Shown here in pieces: positions 36,681 through 46,087 of a stretch of 59,567 nucleotides of DNA. Source of the DNA: a virus. Its lineage: Duplodnaviria; Caudoviricetes. The DNA lies in the IMG/VR virus record IMGVR_UViG_3300030059_001596, positions 1 to 59,567 of that record; one strand, given 5' to 3'. Each line of letters opens with the position of its first letter. Position 1 is the first letter of the stretch. The position numbers were made by a program, and so were the translations under genes. The notes beneath the pieces are model-generated. The model saw only the letters and a list, made by a program, of their open reading frames with translations. It was not told where the DNA came from and did not search any database.

Positions 36681-37751
36681 TTAGCTTGTTTCTTGAGTAT
36701 CTACCTGTTCTTCAGTTTGACCAAACTGTACTACTTCAGCTTCCCTTATCTCTATGCCTACGTACTGACATATCTTAGCCACTAACGCGGGCTCGTCCGA
36801 GAGGGGTAGCTCAAAATCTTGGTAGTCACTCTGCGATTGATCGAACAAAGGCTCTCCCCCTAACAACGTAGCGAAAGTCCAGTTTGGATCAAAAGGGTAC
36901 CTGATGTACTGAGCTTTAACATCACATGGGCCCATCCCATCACCTATAGTATATGGGTCATTTAAACCATCCCAGGTGGTTGGGTATACAGAAATTAAAT
37001 TCCCGTCCAAAACATAGCATGGATACTGTGGTGTAGGGTAAGTGAGGTTGCTGCTGGTAAGATTAAATATCTTTCTTTGGCTTACCCTCTCTACCTCTAC
37101 AATATTATTAGCGTCATATATAGCATACGTTTCACCTCCTAACCCCGCTGGGTCTACAAACAAAGTAGCTGAGCATGTTATAATCGAGCCTGCTGGTGCC
37201 GCAGTGTTATCGATATTCTGCACCCACCCTTGCAACCCAGGTGCCCCTGTAGCGGGATATGGAGCCGCTCCTGTAGCGCTGGTGTTTATTACAATATCTC
37301 CTGGCTGCACCCCTAAAGTAAAAAAGTCTACAGTATTATCAATTAAAAGAGTGGTGGAAGCAATAGAGCTGCTGGTAGTTCCGCTTGCTCTTCTGGTAGG
37401 ATATCTATAAAGTTTATTTATGAGATAGTAGTCTGAAGGTAGCTGATATACCGCCGACCCTGATAGCCCTGAAGGCACGTTAGGCACACTCAAAGGACTG
37501 AGCTGGGCTAAGAAGGTTTGCATAGAGAAGGAGTCTATAACTTCTTCTAAACCTTTTACTATATCTGCATAACCTGTACCCGACGATCTCGCGTTCTCTC
37601 TATTTATCCAGTTGTTGTACTGATAAAAGTAATCCTCAAACATATCCATCTGCGCCTGCTTAGCGTAGAGGTTGAAATCTTGTGGCGAGATATATCCGTA
37701 GTTATTTTTGTTAGCTATAGCCAACACCGTATTGCGTACCGAATTTATCAT
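36681..37751 (-). CDS. Head-tail adaptor/ring protein with inserted domain
   Basis: NKNNYGYISPQDFN, LPSDYY, YIRYP..PNW, DFELP; TATCTTTG box at 37766-37773. Confidence 0.65.
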   Translation of the reverse strand: MINSVRNTVLAIANKNNYGYISPQDFNLYAKQAQMDMFEDYFYQYNNWINRENARSSGTGYADIVKGLEEVIDSFSMQTFLAQLSPLSVPNVPSGLSGSAVYQLPSDYYLINKLYRYPTRRASGTTSSSIASTTLLIDNTVDFFTLGVQPGDIVINTSATGAAPYPATGAPGLQGWVQNIDNTAAPAGSIITCSATLFVDPAGLGGETYAIYDANNIVEVERVSQRKIFNLTSSNLTYPTPQYPCYVLDGNLISVYPTTWDGLNDPYTIGDGMGPCDVKAQYIRYPFDPNWTFATLLGGEPLFDQSQSDYQDFELPLSDEPALVAKICQYVGIEIREAEVVQFGQTEEQVDTQETS

Positions 37752-37777
37752 AAAAAAACTTTTTACAAAGATAGCAC

Positions 37778-37806
37778 AAAAAAAAGGGTCCCATTTTTTG
37801 GAACCC
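37778..37806 (-). terminator. Intrinsic terminator
   Basis: GGGTTCCA-AAAAA-TGGGACCC then T8; immediately followed by a TATCTTTG promoter box. Confidence 0.8.
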
Positions 37807-37830
37807 CTTTCTAATAGTGTGTGTTAACCT

Positions 37831-38124
37831 TTAGCCCAATGAGTAAGTTGCAATCTCTACAGGAGGAATAAGCAGAGGCGCCACATTCGTAGCCGGAGTG
37901 CTTAAAAGTTTCTGCAGCTCATCCACTAAAAACGCCTCCATCTTTAAAGGAGAGCTGGCATCATCCGCATGTAAGAGTCTCACCTCATCCCCAGTGTTTT
38001 CTGATTTGTAAAAAATCCTCGTCTCAGTACTTGATTCTCTGTTAGTCCCCACAACTCCGGTGGCGGATAAAAGTAACGGAGCTTTACTCCCTCCTTCCAT
38101 CTGTAAATAAAAAAACTTTTTCAT
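37831..38124 (-). CDS. Small putative virion protein, MEKF-family member 5 (divergent)
   Basis: 97 aa; N-terminus MKKFF; similar size and layout to the 39647 gene. Confidence 0.6.
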   Translation of the reverse strand: MKKFFYLQMEGGSKAPLLLSATGVVGTNRESSTETRIFYKSENTGDEVRLLHADDASSPLKMEAFLVDELQKLLSTPATNVAPLLIPPVEIATYSLG

Positions 38125-38444
38125 GTCGTTTGTGGTGATACATCAGTTAAAGGAATTGGAATACGCTTCGTTATATCAAAATACGGATCAGTATAAGTGC
38201 CTCTTGCCATAGCCTCTATAATTAATTTCTGTATAACATCTACCATGCTTCCATCTACAAAGACATTATTTGCGCTCCACAAAGGGTCTGCTGAAAAATC
38301 TAATTGTATAATGTCAAACCCTCCTGTTGGTCCGATGTTAATCTTTATTTGCGAATCATTTTCACCCCTCATAACCATAAAGTCATGAATAGGAAAAATC
38401 TTTTTCGTTCCGTCTGTTATGGTTACTGTTAAATATTTTACCAT
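38121..38444 (-). CDS. Small putative virion protein, MEKF-family member 4 (divergent)
   Basis: Start reassigned to ATG 38444 (MVKYLTVTI), right after the upstream stop. Confidence 0.6.
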   Translation of the reverse strand: MVKYLTVTITDGTKKIFPIHDFMVMRGENDSQIKINIGPTGGFDIIQLDFSADPLWSANNVFVDGSMVDVIQKLIIEAMARGTYTDPYFDITKRIPIPLTDVSPQTT

Positions 38445-38446
38445 GG

Positions 38447-39268
38447 TTATTGTATTCTTAAAAAGAAGTAGTCTCTCCCCCCTAACCACGTCGCGTTTGT
38501 TGCAGCATCAGCAGCGTTTAAAAGCCCTGGAAAATCATACGTTACAGCTGGCCATGCAGTTTGTAAAGAAGCTGTTACAGCGTCTTGCATTGCTGCTCTC
38601 ATATCTGAATTAGCTCCAACCGTAGAAGAATATGCGTAATCAACTTTCATTACCGCTGTTCCTGTTGGCTCATATGTAGTGTTAACTATAGAGGTGTCAG
38701 CTGATGCATTTGAAATATCTGCAACATCCGCCGATCTCATTATAACATCGTGATCGTCAGCGCCTGAAGCATATACTAAGTAAGTATCGCCGCCTGCAAA
38801 AGTATCAGTATCTACAGTTAATGTAGTGGGTGTTACCGCAGTAACTTTAGCCGTAACAGCTGCTGTTATATCTAAAGCGTAGTCCCCAATTTTTACTCCA
38901 GCAGCAATGAAATCTACTGTAGTGTCAATTAGTTGAAACGCCCCAGTTCCGTCTGCAGTACCTGCCTGTCTAACAGTATACTCTGGCATATAGATAAAAT
39001 ATGCAGTTGCATCTGGAATACCTGTTCCAGTATCAACGCCTATAGATTCAAGGGCTAATACAGTATCGGAAGTAACGGCTGTTACAAGGTACTTCCTTGC
39101 TGTCGCTCTATCCCATACAATAGCATGAGGCAACACAAGTCGTGTAAAAAAAGTACCTACTGTAGTATCCGTTAGTGTTAAACCAGCGTCGCCATTCGCT
39201 GTCGAGGTTCCTGTCTTAACGACATTAAGCTCTTTAAAGTTTATAAATTTTTCCATGTTTGAAAGCAT
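38447..39268 (-). CDS. Putative virion protein, MEKF-family member 3 with two inserted domains
   Basis: MEKFINF...AVTASLQTAW, with a duplicated internal domain. Confidence 0.7.
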   Translation of the reverse strand: MLSNMEKFINFKELNVVKTGTSTANGDAGLTLTDTTVGTFFTRLVLPHAIVWDRATARKYLVTAVTSDTVLALESIGVDTGTGIPDATAYFIYMPEYTVRQAGTADGTGAFQLIDTTVDFIAAGVKIGDYALDITAAVTAKVTAVTPTTLTVDTDTFAGGDTYLVYASGADDHDVIMRSADVADISNASADTSIVNTTYEPTGTAVMKVDYAYSSTVGANSDMRAAMQDAVTASLQTAWPAVTYDFPGLLNAADAATNATWLGGRDYFFLRIQ

Positions 39269-39269
39269 A

Positions 39270-39620
39270 TTAAGCTATTGCTATTGCTGAAAGCGGGTTA
39301 ACATTTAAGAATGACCCAGCTTCAGTGGCCGTATTTACGGCTGGTCCTGCGACCATTCCTTTTGGAGCGTAGTATTCTGTTACCGCAGTCCATCCCGACT
39401 TTAAAGCTTCCATCGCAGCTGTCTGCACCGCCTCCTGAAGAATTGGAGAAGCATAAGCTGTTGGCCATGTTAAGGTAGTAACCTTACCGCCAACATACTT
39501 GATAGTAGCCGTTGTTGTTGTAGGCTGTCCTATACTTAGGATCCCTGTAATCGAAACCAATTGGTCTTGACTGTTTGTAGCGTTCCCGTCTAATACGGGG
39601 ATACTGAGAAATTTTTCCAT
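39270..39620 (-). CDS. Putative virion protein, MEKF-family member 2
   Basis: MEKFLSIPV...QLVSIT...GKVTTLT...ALKSGWT...AIAIA. Confidence 0.75.
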   Translation of the reverse strand: MEKFLSIPVLDGNATNSQDQLVSITGILSIGQPTTTTATIKYVGGKVTTLTWPTAYASPILQEAVQTAAMEALKSGWTAVTEYYAPKGMVAGPAVNTATEAGSFLNVNPLSAIAIA

Positions 39621-39646
39621 AATAAAAATATTTTATGTGTTAATAG

Positions 39647-39940
39647 TTAAGCAATAGTAATATCGCTTACTGCGTATACTGGGATTGCTGAAAAAGAAGG
39701 GTTCGTCCAAGAAGTTTGCAAAGCGGCTACAGCGCTTGACTGTATAAACTGTCTAAACTGATTTCCAGAGTTTGTGCCAGAGGCTGCTCCTACAGAAGCG
39801 TGAGTAATAGTAACTACCTTTCCGCTTCCATAAGTTAAAGAAGTTGAAGTAGTGGACTCCCACTCAATAAGTTTTACATCGGTAACAGGAACCAGTTGGT
39901 TTCCTTCTGAAGTTACAGGGATGCTTAAAAATTTTTCCAT
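39647..39940 (-). CDS. Putative virion protein, MEKF-family member 1
   Basis: MEKFLSIPV...QLVPVT...GKVVTIT...ALQTSWT...DITIA; TATCTTTG at 39971-39978. Confidence 0.75.
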   Translation of the reverse strand: MEKFLSIPVTSEGNQLVPVTDVKLIEWESTTSTSLTYGSGKVVTITHASVGAASGTNSGNQFRQFIQSSAVAALQTSWTNPSFSAIPVYAVSDITIA

Positions 39941-39981
39941 AATAAAAATAATTTATGTGTTAATACGGTACAAAGATACAC

Positions 39982-40010
39982 AAAAAAAAGGGCCCCGATT
40001 TGGAGCCCTT
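39982..40010 (-). terminator. Intrinsic terminator
   Basis: GGGCTCC-AAATC-GGGGCCC then T8; followed by a promoter box. Confidence 0.8.
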
Positions 40011-40022
40011 CTTTAAAGTCGT

Positions 40023-40184
40023 TTACTTCTTCCTTCGATCTGGAATTAAGTATCCTATAAGGTTATCTATCCAACCGAATATCTGGTTGTCTTTTTCTGT
40101 AGGAGTAAGGTTTACTACTACTTTTGCCAGGGCCATTACTGCGATTAGCAATTCAGACCAGTTTTCTACGATAAAATCCATCAT
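40023..40184 (-). CDS. 53-aa membrane peptide (holin-like), paralog A (not in ORF track)
   Basis: MMDFIVENWSELLIAVMALAKVVVNLTPTEKDNQIFGWIDNLIGYLIPDRRKK*. Confidence 0.75.
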   Translation of the reverse strand: MMDFIVENWSELLIAVMALAKVVVNLTPTEKDNQIFGWIDNLIGYLIPDRRKK

Positions 40185-40193
40185 GGTTTTTGT

Positions 40194-40940
40194 TTATTTA
40201 TTTAGTAACTTAGAAAGTCCTTGGTATACATCTATGCCGTCATCCGTCTTTAAGTAAGACCCCACTACGTGGTAAGGGTCTTCTCCGAAAGGAACGGTAA
40301 GCATTTTCTTTTTATTCCCTTTAAGGTTAAAGTATACATCCTTATTGTTATTGCGTAAAGATAAAAGCTTCTCATCGAAGAACTGTCTTACCTCATCGCC
40401 AAATTCTAAATCAGGATCGTTTACTACCTCCATAAAATCTTCGGGGTTGTATTTAGCAAACAGTAAGATATCTCTTTTTAACTCAGGGGTACTTAACCTA
40501 TCTACCGAACCGCCAAGAAGGATTCTACTTACAGATAGAAGCTTCTCGAAAGAAAGTTCTTTAGCTACAATCTGTGCGTTTAATTCCATCTCTAATATCT
40601 CCACATCTTCGGATGCGTCTCTTTCATTATCCACCTCCTCGAAGACTCTGTCTCTGCTGGGGTGGTAGTATAAAAACTGCTGTAATACTTGGTTGGCTTT
40701 TTCCACTACTAACATACCATCCTCAAAGACGATGGGTTCTAAGATAGCACTTCCATCCTGTTCATCCACAAAGGGAGACTTTTGATTCCTTGCATAGCGA
40801 AGGGGGCGGTTGACGCCTGTCTCTTCGTCGAAGTAAAGTAAGGGGGACCTGCTGCTGTTATGTGAAGCCAACATATAGTTTAAAGGCGCAGAGTCATTTT
40901 TCAGTCTGTACGCCTTAGAGGTAAATATTTCTTTTTTCAT
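40194..40940 (-). CDS. Phage protein downstream of MCP
   Basis: 248 aa; LRYARNQKSPFVDEQ motif. Confidence 0.75.
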   Translation of the reverse strand: MKKEIFTSKAYRLKNDSAPLNYMLASHNSSRSPLLYFDEETGVNRPLRYARNQKSPFVDEQDGSAILEPIVFEDGMLVVEKANQVLQQFLYYHPSRDRVFEEVDNERDASEDVEILEMELNAQIVAKELSFEKLLSVSRILLGGSVDRLSTPELKRDILLFAKYNPEDFMEVVNDPDLEFGDEVRQFFDEKLLSLRNNNKDVYFNLKGNKKKMLTVPFGEDPYHVVGSYLKTDDGIDVYQGLSKLLNK

Positions 40941-40964
40941 TTTATTAAAATTTAATTCGAATTT

Positions 40965-40997
40965 AAAAAAATAGGGGAGGAGGGATTCCCCTCCCCC
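40965..40997 (-). terminator. Intrinsic terminator after MCP
   Basis: GGGGAGG/CCTCCCC stem followed by TATTTTTTT. Confidence 0.75.
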
Positions 40998-41014
40998 ATT
41001 TCCATCATTTTATA

Positions 41015-42475
41015 TTATGCGTTCTGGAATAAGAAGAAGTTGTTTGCACCTAAAGTACATACACATCTCTCACTCAAGAAGTTAACCTCCATAGCATCCA
41101 AAGAAGATGTTCTCGCTCCACCAGCAGAACCAGTGAGCCAAGTCTTGTATCTTCTATCTTCTGTCTCAGAAGCTCTGTATCTAACGTGTAAGAATGGACG
41201 CTTAGCGTTCTTTCCTAAGATTTGGTCATATACAGTAGTAGAACCAGCAGGGACTAATAGTCCGTTGATAGCTCCTCCTGTTAGATCTCCTCTCATAGTA
41301 GCATCGTTAAGGTATTTCCAATCTGTCTTGTAGAAGTCATATCCTCTACGGAAGCCAGTGAAACCTAAGTTAAGAGCCATCTCTTGATCGTTATCGAAGA
41401 GTCCGTATGAAGTACCACCCGCTCCGTAAGAGTTTTGTGCAGCTAACATATCGTCCATATCGAAAGAGAACTGACGGTTTACAAAGAGAGCATTCTCCTC
41501 GATAGAACCTTGCTTATCTAACCTCTGGATTACAGCATCGAAGTCAGCTAACGCAACTGGGTTACCCCCGCCGTATACGTTTCCACGAGTTCCTACTGAG
41601 TAGAAGACTCCGTCAGAACCAGCGTTAACTATACCTGCTCCACCAGCTGCAGTAGAAAGCGCCGCCTCAGCACCAGAACCGTTTGCCGCTGGTACAGCCT
41701 CCACCATAGCAGTCTCCAAGTAATCTTCGAAACGAAGTCTTGTGTCGTGCTCAGACTTTAGGTACCATAGGTATCCGTTAGCTCCGTCTTCAGAAGTGAT
41801 TTCAATCCATCCAATCTGAGCCATATCAGAACCAGATACTTCGTACTTGTCCTTAATGATAATAGGCTTGTTTTGGAAGATGAAGTCGTCAGACTCTAAA
41901 GAATCATCCATTCCAGATGTTCCTTTCTTAAACTCAGAACCGTAGATAAAGATAGTCATCGTAGAAGCTGCAGCATAACCTGCCTGTGTTGCTTCGTAGT
42001 AAGCTACGGTAATAGTGTTTGAAGTTGGTACAGCAGTAACAACAGCTTTGTTACTAAAGTTAGAGGTTGGAGAGTTGTCAGAGATCATAATCGTTTGACC
42101 GATTCTGATAGCAACATTACCTCCTGCTGAGATAGTCGTACCCCCACCTGGGACAGCTGGGTTAAGGTTGTCGTTAATAGTTAACGTCTGTACAGTCTCA
42201 GCTCCTGTGTAGCTTCCTAAAGTTACGTTAGTGTATTTAATATGCAGTCTTCCTTGCTCTGCCCATTTGATCATGTCAGAGTTAGAAGGCATTTCCGCTC
42301 CTACCATTCTTAGGAATGAAGAGATTGATCTATTACCGTAACGCTCGAACTCTTTCTCATAAGTATCTGGAAGATACTGATTGAGGAAATCGAAGTTGGT
42401 AATATAGTTTGTAGGAAGTGCAACTCGTTCCGCAGATGGGATTAAGTTGATTCCTGGTGATGTATTTACACTCAT
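41015..42475 (-). CDS. Major capsid protein
   Basis: 486 aa after portal and scaffold, followed by a terminator; FLNQYLPD.YE.EFERYGNR, WAEQGRLH, LNLGFTGFRRGYDF. Confidence 0.85.
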   Translation of the reverse strand: MSVNTSPGINLIPSAERVALPTNYITNFDFLNQYLPDTYEKEFERYGNRSISSFLRMVGAEMPSNSDMIKWAEQGRLHIKYTNVTLGSYTGAETVQTLTINDNLNPAVPGGGTTISAGGNVAIRIGQTIMISDNSPTSNFSNKAVVTAVPTSNTITVAYYEATQAGYAAASTMTIFIYGSEFKKGTSGMDDSLESDDFIFQNKPIIIKDKYEVSGSDMAQIGWIEITSEDGANGYLWYLKSEHDTRLRFEDYLETAMVEAVPAANGSGAEAALSTAAGGAGIVNAGSDGVFYSVGTRGNVYGGGNPVALADFDAVIQRLDKQGSIEENALFVNRQFSFDMDDMLAAQNSYGAGGTSYGLFDNDQEMALNLGFTGFRRGYDFYKTDWKYLNDATMRGDLTGGAINGLLVPAGSTTVYDQILGKNAKRPFLHVRYRASETEDRRYKTWLTGSAGGARTSSLDAMEVNFLSERCVCTLGANNFFLFQNA

Positions 42476-42496
42476 ATTTTCTTAATTTTTAAATTG

Positions 42497-43621
42497 TTAA
42501 ACTCTTTTTACACTTTTAATTTTGAGTCCTCTTCCGCTCGATGTATCTCCAACAGGTCTGATCTTAAGACCGTCCTTGCTGAAAGACTGAGGGGTCTGAC
42601 GAACCATATCGATGTTCTTTGATTTTTTAGAAACATCATCAATAGTCTCAGCCTTACCCTGCTCATAGAAAAATTTGGCGAACTTCTCAGGATTCATTGC
42701 AATAGACATTGCTCTGTGGTATCCCTCTGCGTCTTTCATCATGCCGCTTTCAGAATCTAAATAAGGTTTGATAAAATTATTTACATCCTTCTGCTTGTTC
42801 ATCAGTTCTGACGCATCACCAGGTTTGTAGGTATATGACTTGTCGTTTACCGAAACCTCAAAACCTTTGAAGTCATCGTTGAAAACGTTACCCGTTTTCT
42901 CAACAAACCAACTGTACCTCTTCTTCATTTCCTCTTCACGAGTAGTGGAATCCTCTACGTAGCTCTTATAGCGATTGAACTCTTCTGTCTGATCTTCTGA
43001 ACTAAGACTCCCGCTTGACTCAAGGGGAGTTTTGTATTGTTCTTTCTGCTCAGTGAAGAATTTCTTCGCTTTTACAAGCTCTCGTTTTTGTGCTAACTTT
43101 CTTTTCTTTATATCCTTATCCTCATCCAGGTCTTCGTCGTATCCAAACTTATCTTCTATGAGATCTTGAATATCAATTTCGTCCAACCCTTCTTCGGTTT
43201 GGGAGTAATAATTAGACAACACTTCCGTGGGTTCCATTTCGTCGTAATCCTGTTGCAGTTTTACGAAGTCACTTATCCCTCTTCCTGTTTCCTTTTTATA
43301 TTTAAAGAACGCTGACACATCCTCTGGTAAATCTTCATTTGCTTCTTGCGTTGCAAACAACTCATCAACAGAGTTTATTTCTTTATTATATCTATCCTTA
43401 ATATACTTAAGAATATCTTCATCTTTTAACTCACCCGTCTCTTGAACCTCTGCAGGGGCAACTTCTTCTTCTGCGACTACATCTACCTTTTCAGGTTCCG
43501 AATTACTTTCTTTCGCAGAGAATTGCTCCTCATGGGTTTTTAAAAGTTGCTCTTCTACTTCCGCTGTAGATTTTTCCTCTACATCTGCGACGGCTTTTAC
43601 TACAAATTTTGACTGTTCCAT
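42497..43621 (-). CDS. Capsid scaffolding protein
   Basis: Very acidic helical 374-aa protein between portal and MCP. Confidence 0.7.
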   Translation of the reverse strand: MEQSKFVVKAVADVEEKSTAEVEEQLLKTHEEQFSAKESNSEPEKVDVVAEEEVAPAEVQETGELKDEDILKYIKDRYNKEINSVDELFATQEANEDLPEDVSAFFKYKKETGRGISDFVKLQQDYDEMEPTEVLSNYYSQTEEGLDEIDIQDLIEDKFGYDEDLDEDKDIKKRKLAQKRELVKAKKFFTEQKEQYKTPLESSGSLSSEDQTEEFNRYKSYVEDSTTREEEMKKRYSWFVEKTGNVFNDDFKGFEVSVNDKSYTYKPGDASELMNKQKDVNNFIKPYLDSESGMMKDAEGYHRAMSIAMNPEKFAKFFYEQGKAETIDDVSKKSKNIDMVRQTPQSFSKDGLKIRPVGDTSSGRGLKIKSVKRV

Positions 43622-43651
43622 TTAATTTAATTTTTTGTAAAGTTAATACTA

Positions 43652-46087
43652 TTATCTTGGGTTAAACTCAGCGAGATCGAAGCCATCTAAACTATCCTCA
43701 TTGGATTCAAAGTTTATAGGCGGTAAGTTATTCTTCCTCTGCTGGATTAATTTCGATTGTTCGGTATTGGCTTGACTGATACGTTCTGACTTAGCATCTT
43801 CACGCTGTGTCTCTCGAGAGTCAACCTGTTGCTGTTGGGCTCCCGCTAAAGACATCTGCATCTGGAACTCCAACTGCATAAGCTGTTGCTTAAGCATAGC
43901 CTCGTTCTTTTGCCTCTCAATATCAAATCCTACCTCGGCCTGCTTGATTTGCATCTTAGCCTGGACCTCGGCTTGGATCTTTTGCATAGCTGCTTGAGCT
44001 GCCATTTGTTGAGACTGCTGCTGCATCTGGCCTTGCATCTGTTGTTTCTGAGCTTCCATTTGCTGCTCCTGCTGTTGCTTCTGTTTCCTCTTAACTTTTA
44101 ATAGCTGGTTAGCCATCTTAAGGTTTCGTATCTCACGGATATCTATAGCATCTTCTAAGTTTATATCTCCCTGAGATAAAGCCATCTGAATATTTTGTTC
44201 GAGCAATTGTTTTTGCTCTTCGTCTGGAGACATCTCTATAAAGATTCCAAAGTCGTATATATACAAGTTAGATATCTCTTCTAAGATTCCTAAGTTATAC
44301 TTTCCTATTTGCATAGCAAACTCGTCCCTAAACTCTGCGTACTCCAAAACATCTGCACAACGAAGCGACAGCGCTTCGGCAATAGTCTTTGTGATAAACA
44401 AACTCGACTGAAGGATATGTCGCGTAGCGGTGTTAGAATTTAAAGCAGCCAACTTTTGAACCCCGACTAAAGAGTTTGGATCTGGTGTAGAGCCATCACG
44501 AGCTTCATTCAGTCCGGTTACCTGCCTTATCATATCTAAGTAATGGTTATAGTTGCCTATAAGCATCTGCATCTTACTTGCTCCGCTACTGGCGGTAAGC
44601 TGAGTAATAGGAACCTTAGCGTTGTTATACTCCCCGTCTTGAGTATAGCTTCTCCCTACTACACTACCCGTTTGGAAGTATAGACGCAAAGCATCTTCAG
44701 GAGTGTACGCACTACCTGTGCCCAAGTCCACCTCGTTTAATCCGTCTGCGTCTATAAAGACTCCGTCTGGAACGACACGAGAAACTACTTGTTGGATCTT
44801 TAGGTGTGTCATCTGGATAAGGTCCGCAAAAGGAATCATCCTTCTCACTAAAGACTCTACCACCCCCTTATACATCCTTGGGGCAGAAGCCACATAGTTA
44901 GCCATAGCAAATTGGTTTGCGGAGTTAGGTCGGACCATGTTTTTCTGCATATCCCATTGGATAATAATGTTTGTTCCCATTACCATAACACCCTCATACC
45001 ATACATCAATTCTTTTCTCTACCCTTTCGAACTCTCCCTCGTCCATCATCTCCTGTGGAGGGTCAAACTGGTCATCCTTCTCAACAGTTTTAAAACTGCC
45101 GTCACTCATTTTTTTCTTCTTGTACACAAAACTGTTTGTCGTCTTGTAGTTGAAGTAAAGGAGAGTACATGTGTCACGAGCAAACATACTGTTCTCATAC
45201 ATAGCCGCTACGTTATAATAGTCGTACCACGACTGGCTATACTTAGAGATCTCTTCTAAATCACCCTCGTTTAAATCAGGGTTGATCTTTAACACCTCCG
45301 TAATAGGAATAGTCTTCAACTCCCCCCAATAGAAGCAGTCCTTAAAGTATGGGTCTTCCGTATAGCTATATACCACATTAGCAGGGTCTACATACTCTAC
45401 TCGAACTCCGTCTCCCTTCTGGAAAGTATGCTTACATATACCTATGCCCAGGACAGTCATATCATAGTCCACCCTTTTTCGGATATCGCTATAGTGACTT
45501 TCGTCTAACATAGTATTTATAGCAACTTCGTTAGCAATCTCTACAGCAGGTTTGTAATTCAACTGCATGTAAAGCTCCATCTCGATATCGCTTTCTGGAA
45601 GCTGGTCTGGGTTGACTTCAAATGCGTCTACTCCAAAGTCTGCTTTTATCTGGCGGAATAGATCTTGAGAGATCATATTTCTTTCCACCATCTCTTGAAA
45701 CTGGTTTCTTTTCTCTGCCGAGAGAGAGTCCTGTGCATAACACTTAACGTCAAACAACCTGTCTGACATTCCGTTTACTACTATGTCTACAAACTTAGGT
45801 ATAATAGGAATAGGGGTCCAATCTAAATTTAGATACGACAAGTCTCCATCTATAGCTAATTCGTTTTTATATTTTCCAACGGACTGTTCACCCCTGGCAT
45901 ATAGCCTTAGTCTATGAAACTCTTGAAATTGACTATAGAATCTACACGATAGCCCATCCCTTCTAAACCACTCGTATTGTATAGCCTGTCCTACTTGAAG
46001 GCCAAACTCTTTTTTTGCTTTATCGGAATCAGATACAAACTGATTCGGAAAGACTGCTGAATTTATCTCTACTTGAAGTCCTTTCAT
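43652..46087 (-). CDS. Portal protein
   Basis: 811 aa directly after terminase; IIPKFVDIVVNG, TGLNEARDG, Q-rich C-terminal barrel helix. Confidence 0.88.
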   Translation of the reverse strand: MKGLQVEINSAVFPNQFVSDSDKAKKEFGLQVGQAIQYEWFRRDGLSCRFYSQFQEFHRLRLYARGEQSVGKYKNELAIDGDLSYLNLDWTPIPIIPKFVDIVVNGMSDRLFDVKCYAQDSLSAEKRNQFQEMVERNMISQDLFRQIKADFGVDAFEVNPDQLPESDIEMELYMQLNYKPAVEIANEVAINTMLDESHYSDIRKRVDYDMTVLGIGICKHTFQKGDGVRVEYVDPANVVYSYTEDPYFKDCFYWGELKTIPITEVLKINPDLNEGDLEEISKYSQSWYDYYNVAAMYENSMFARDTCTLLYFNYKTTNSFVYKKKKMSDGSFKTVEKDDQFDPPQEMMDEGEFERVEKRIDVWYEGVMVMGTNIIIQWDMQKNMVRPNSANQFAMANYVASAPRMYKGVVESLVRRMIPFADLIQMTHLKIQQVVSRVVPDGVFIDADGLNEVDLGTGSAYTPEDALRLYFQTGSVVGRSYTQDGEYNNAKVPITQLTASSGASKMQMLIGNYNHYLDMIRQVTGLNEARDGSTPDPNSLVGVQKLAALNSNTATRHILQSSLFITKTIAEALSLRCADVLEYAEFRDEFAMQIGKYNLGILEEISNLYIYDFGIFIEMSPDEEQKQLLEQNIQMALSQGDINLEDAIDIREIRNLKMANQLLKVKRKQKQQQEQQMEAQKQQMQGQMQQQSQQMAAQAAMQKIQAEVQAKMQIKQAEVGFDIERQKNEAMLKQQLMQLEFQMQMSLAGAQQQQVDSRETQREDAKSERISQANTEQSKLIQQRKNNLPPINFESNEDSLDGFDLAEFNPR

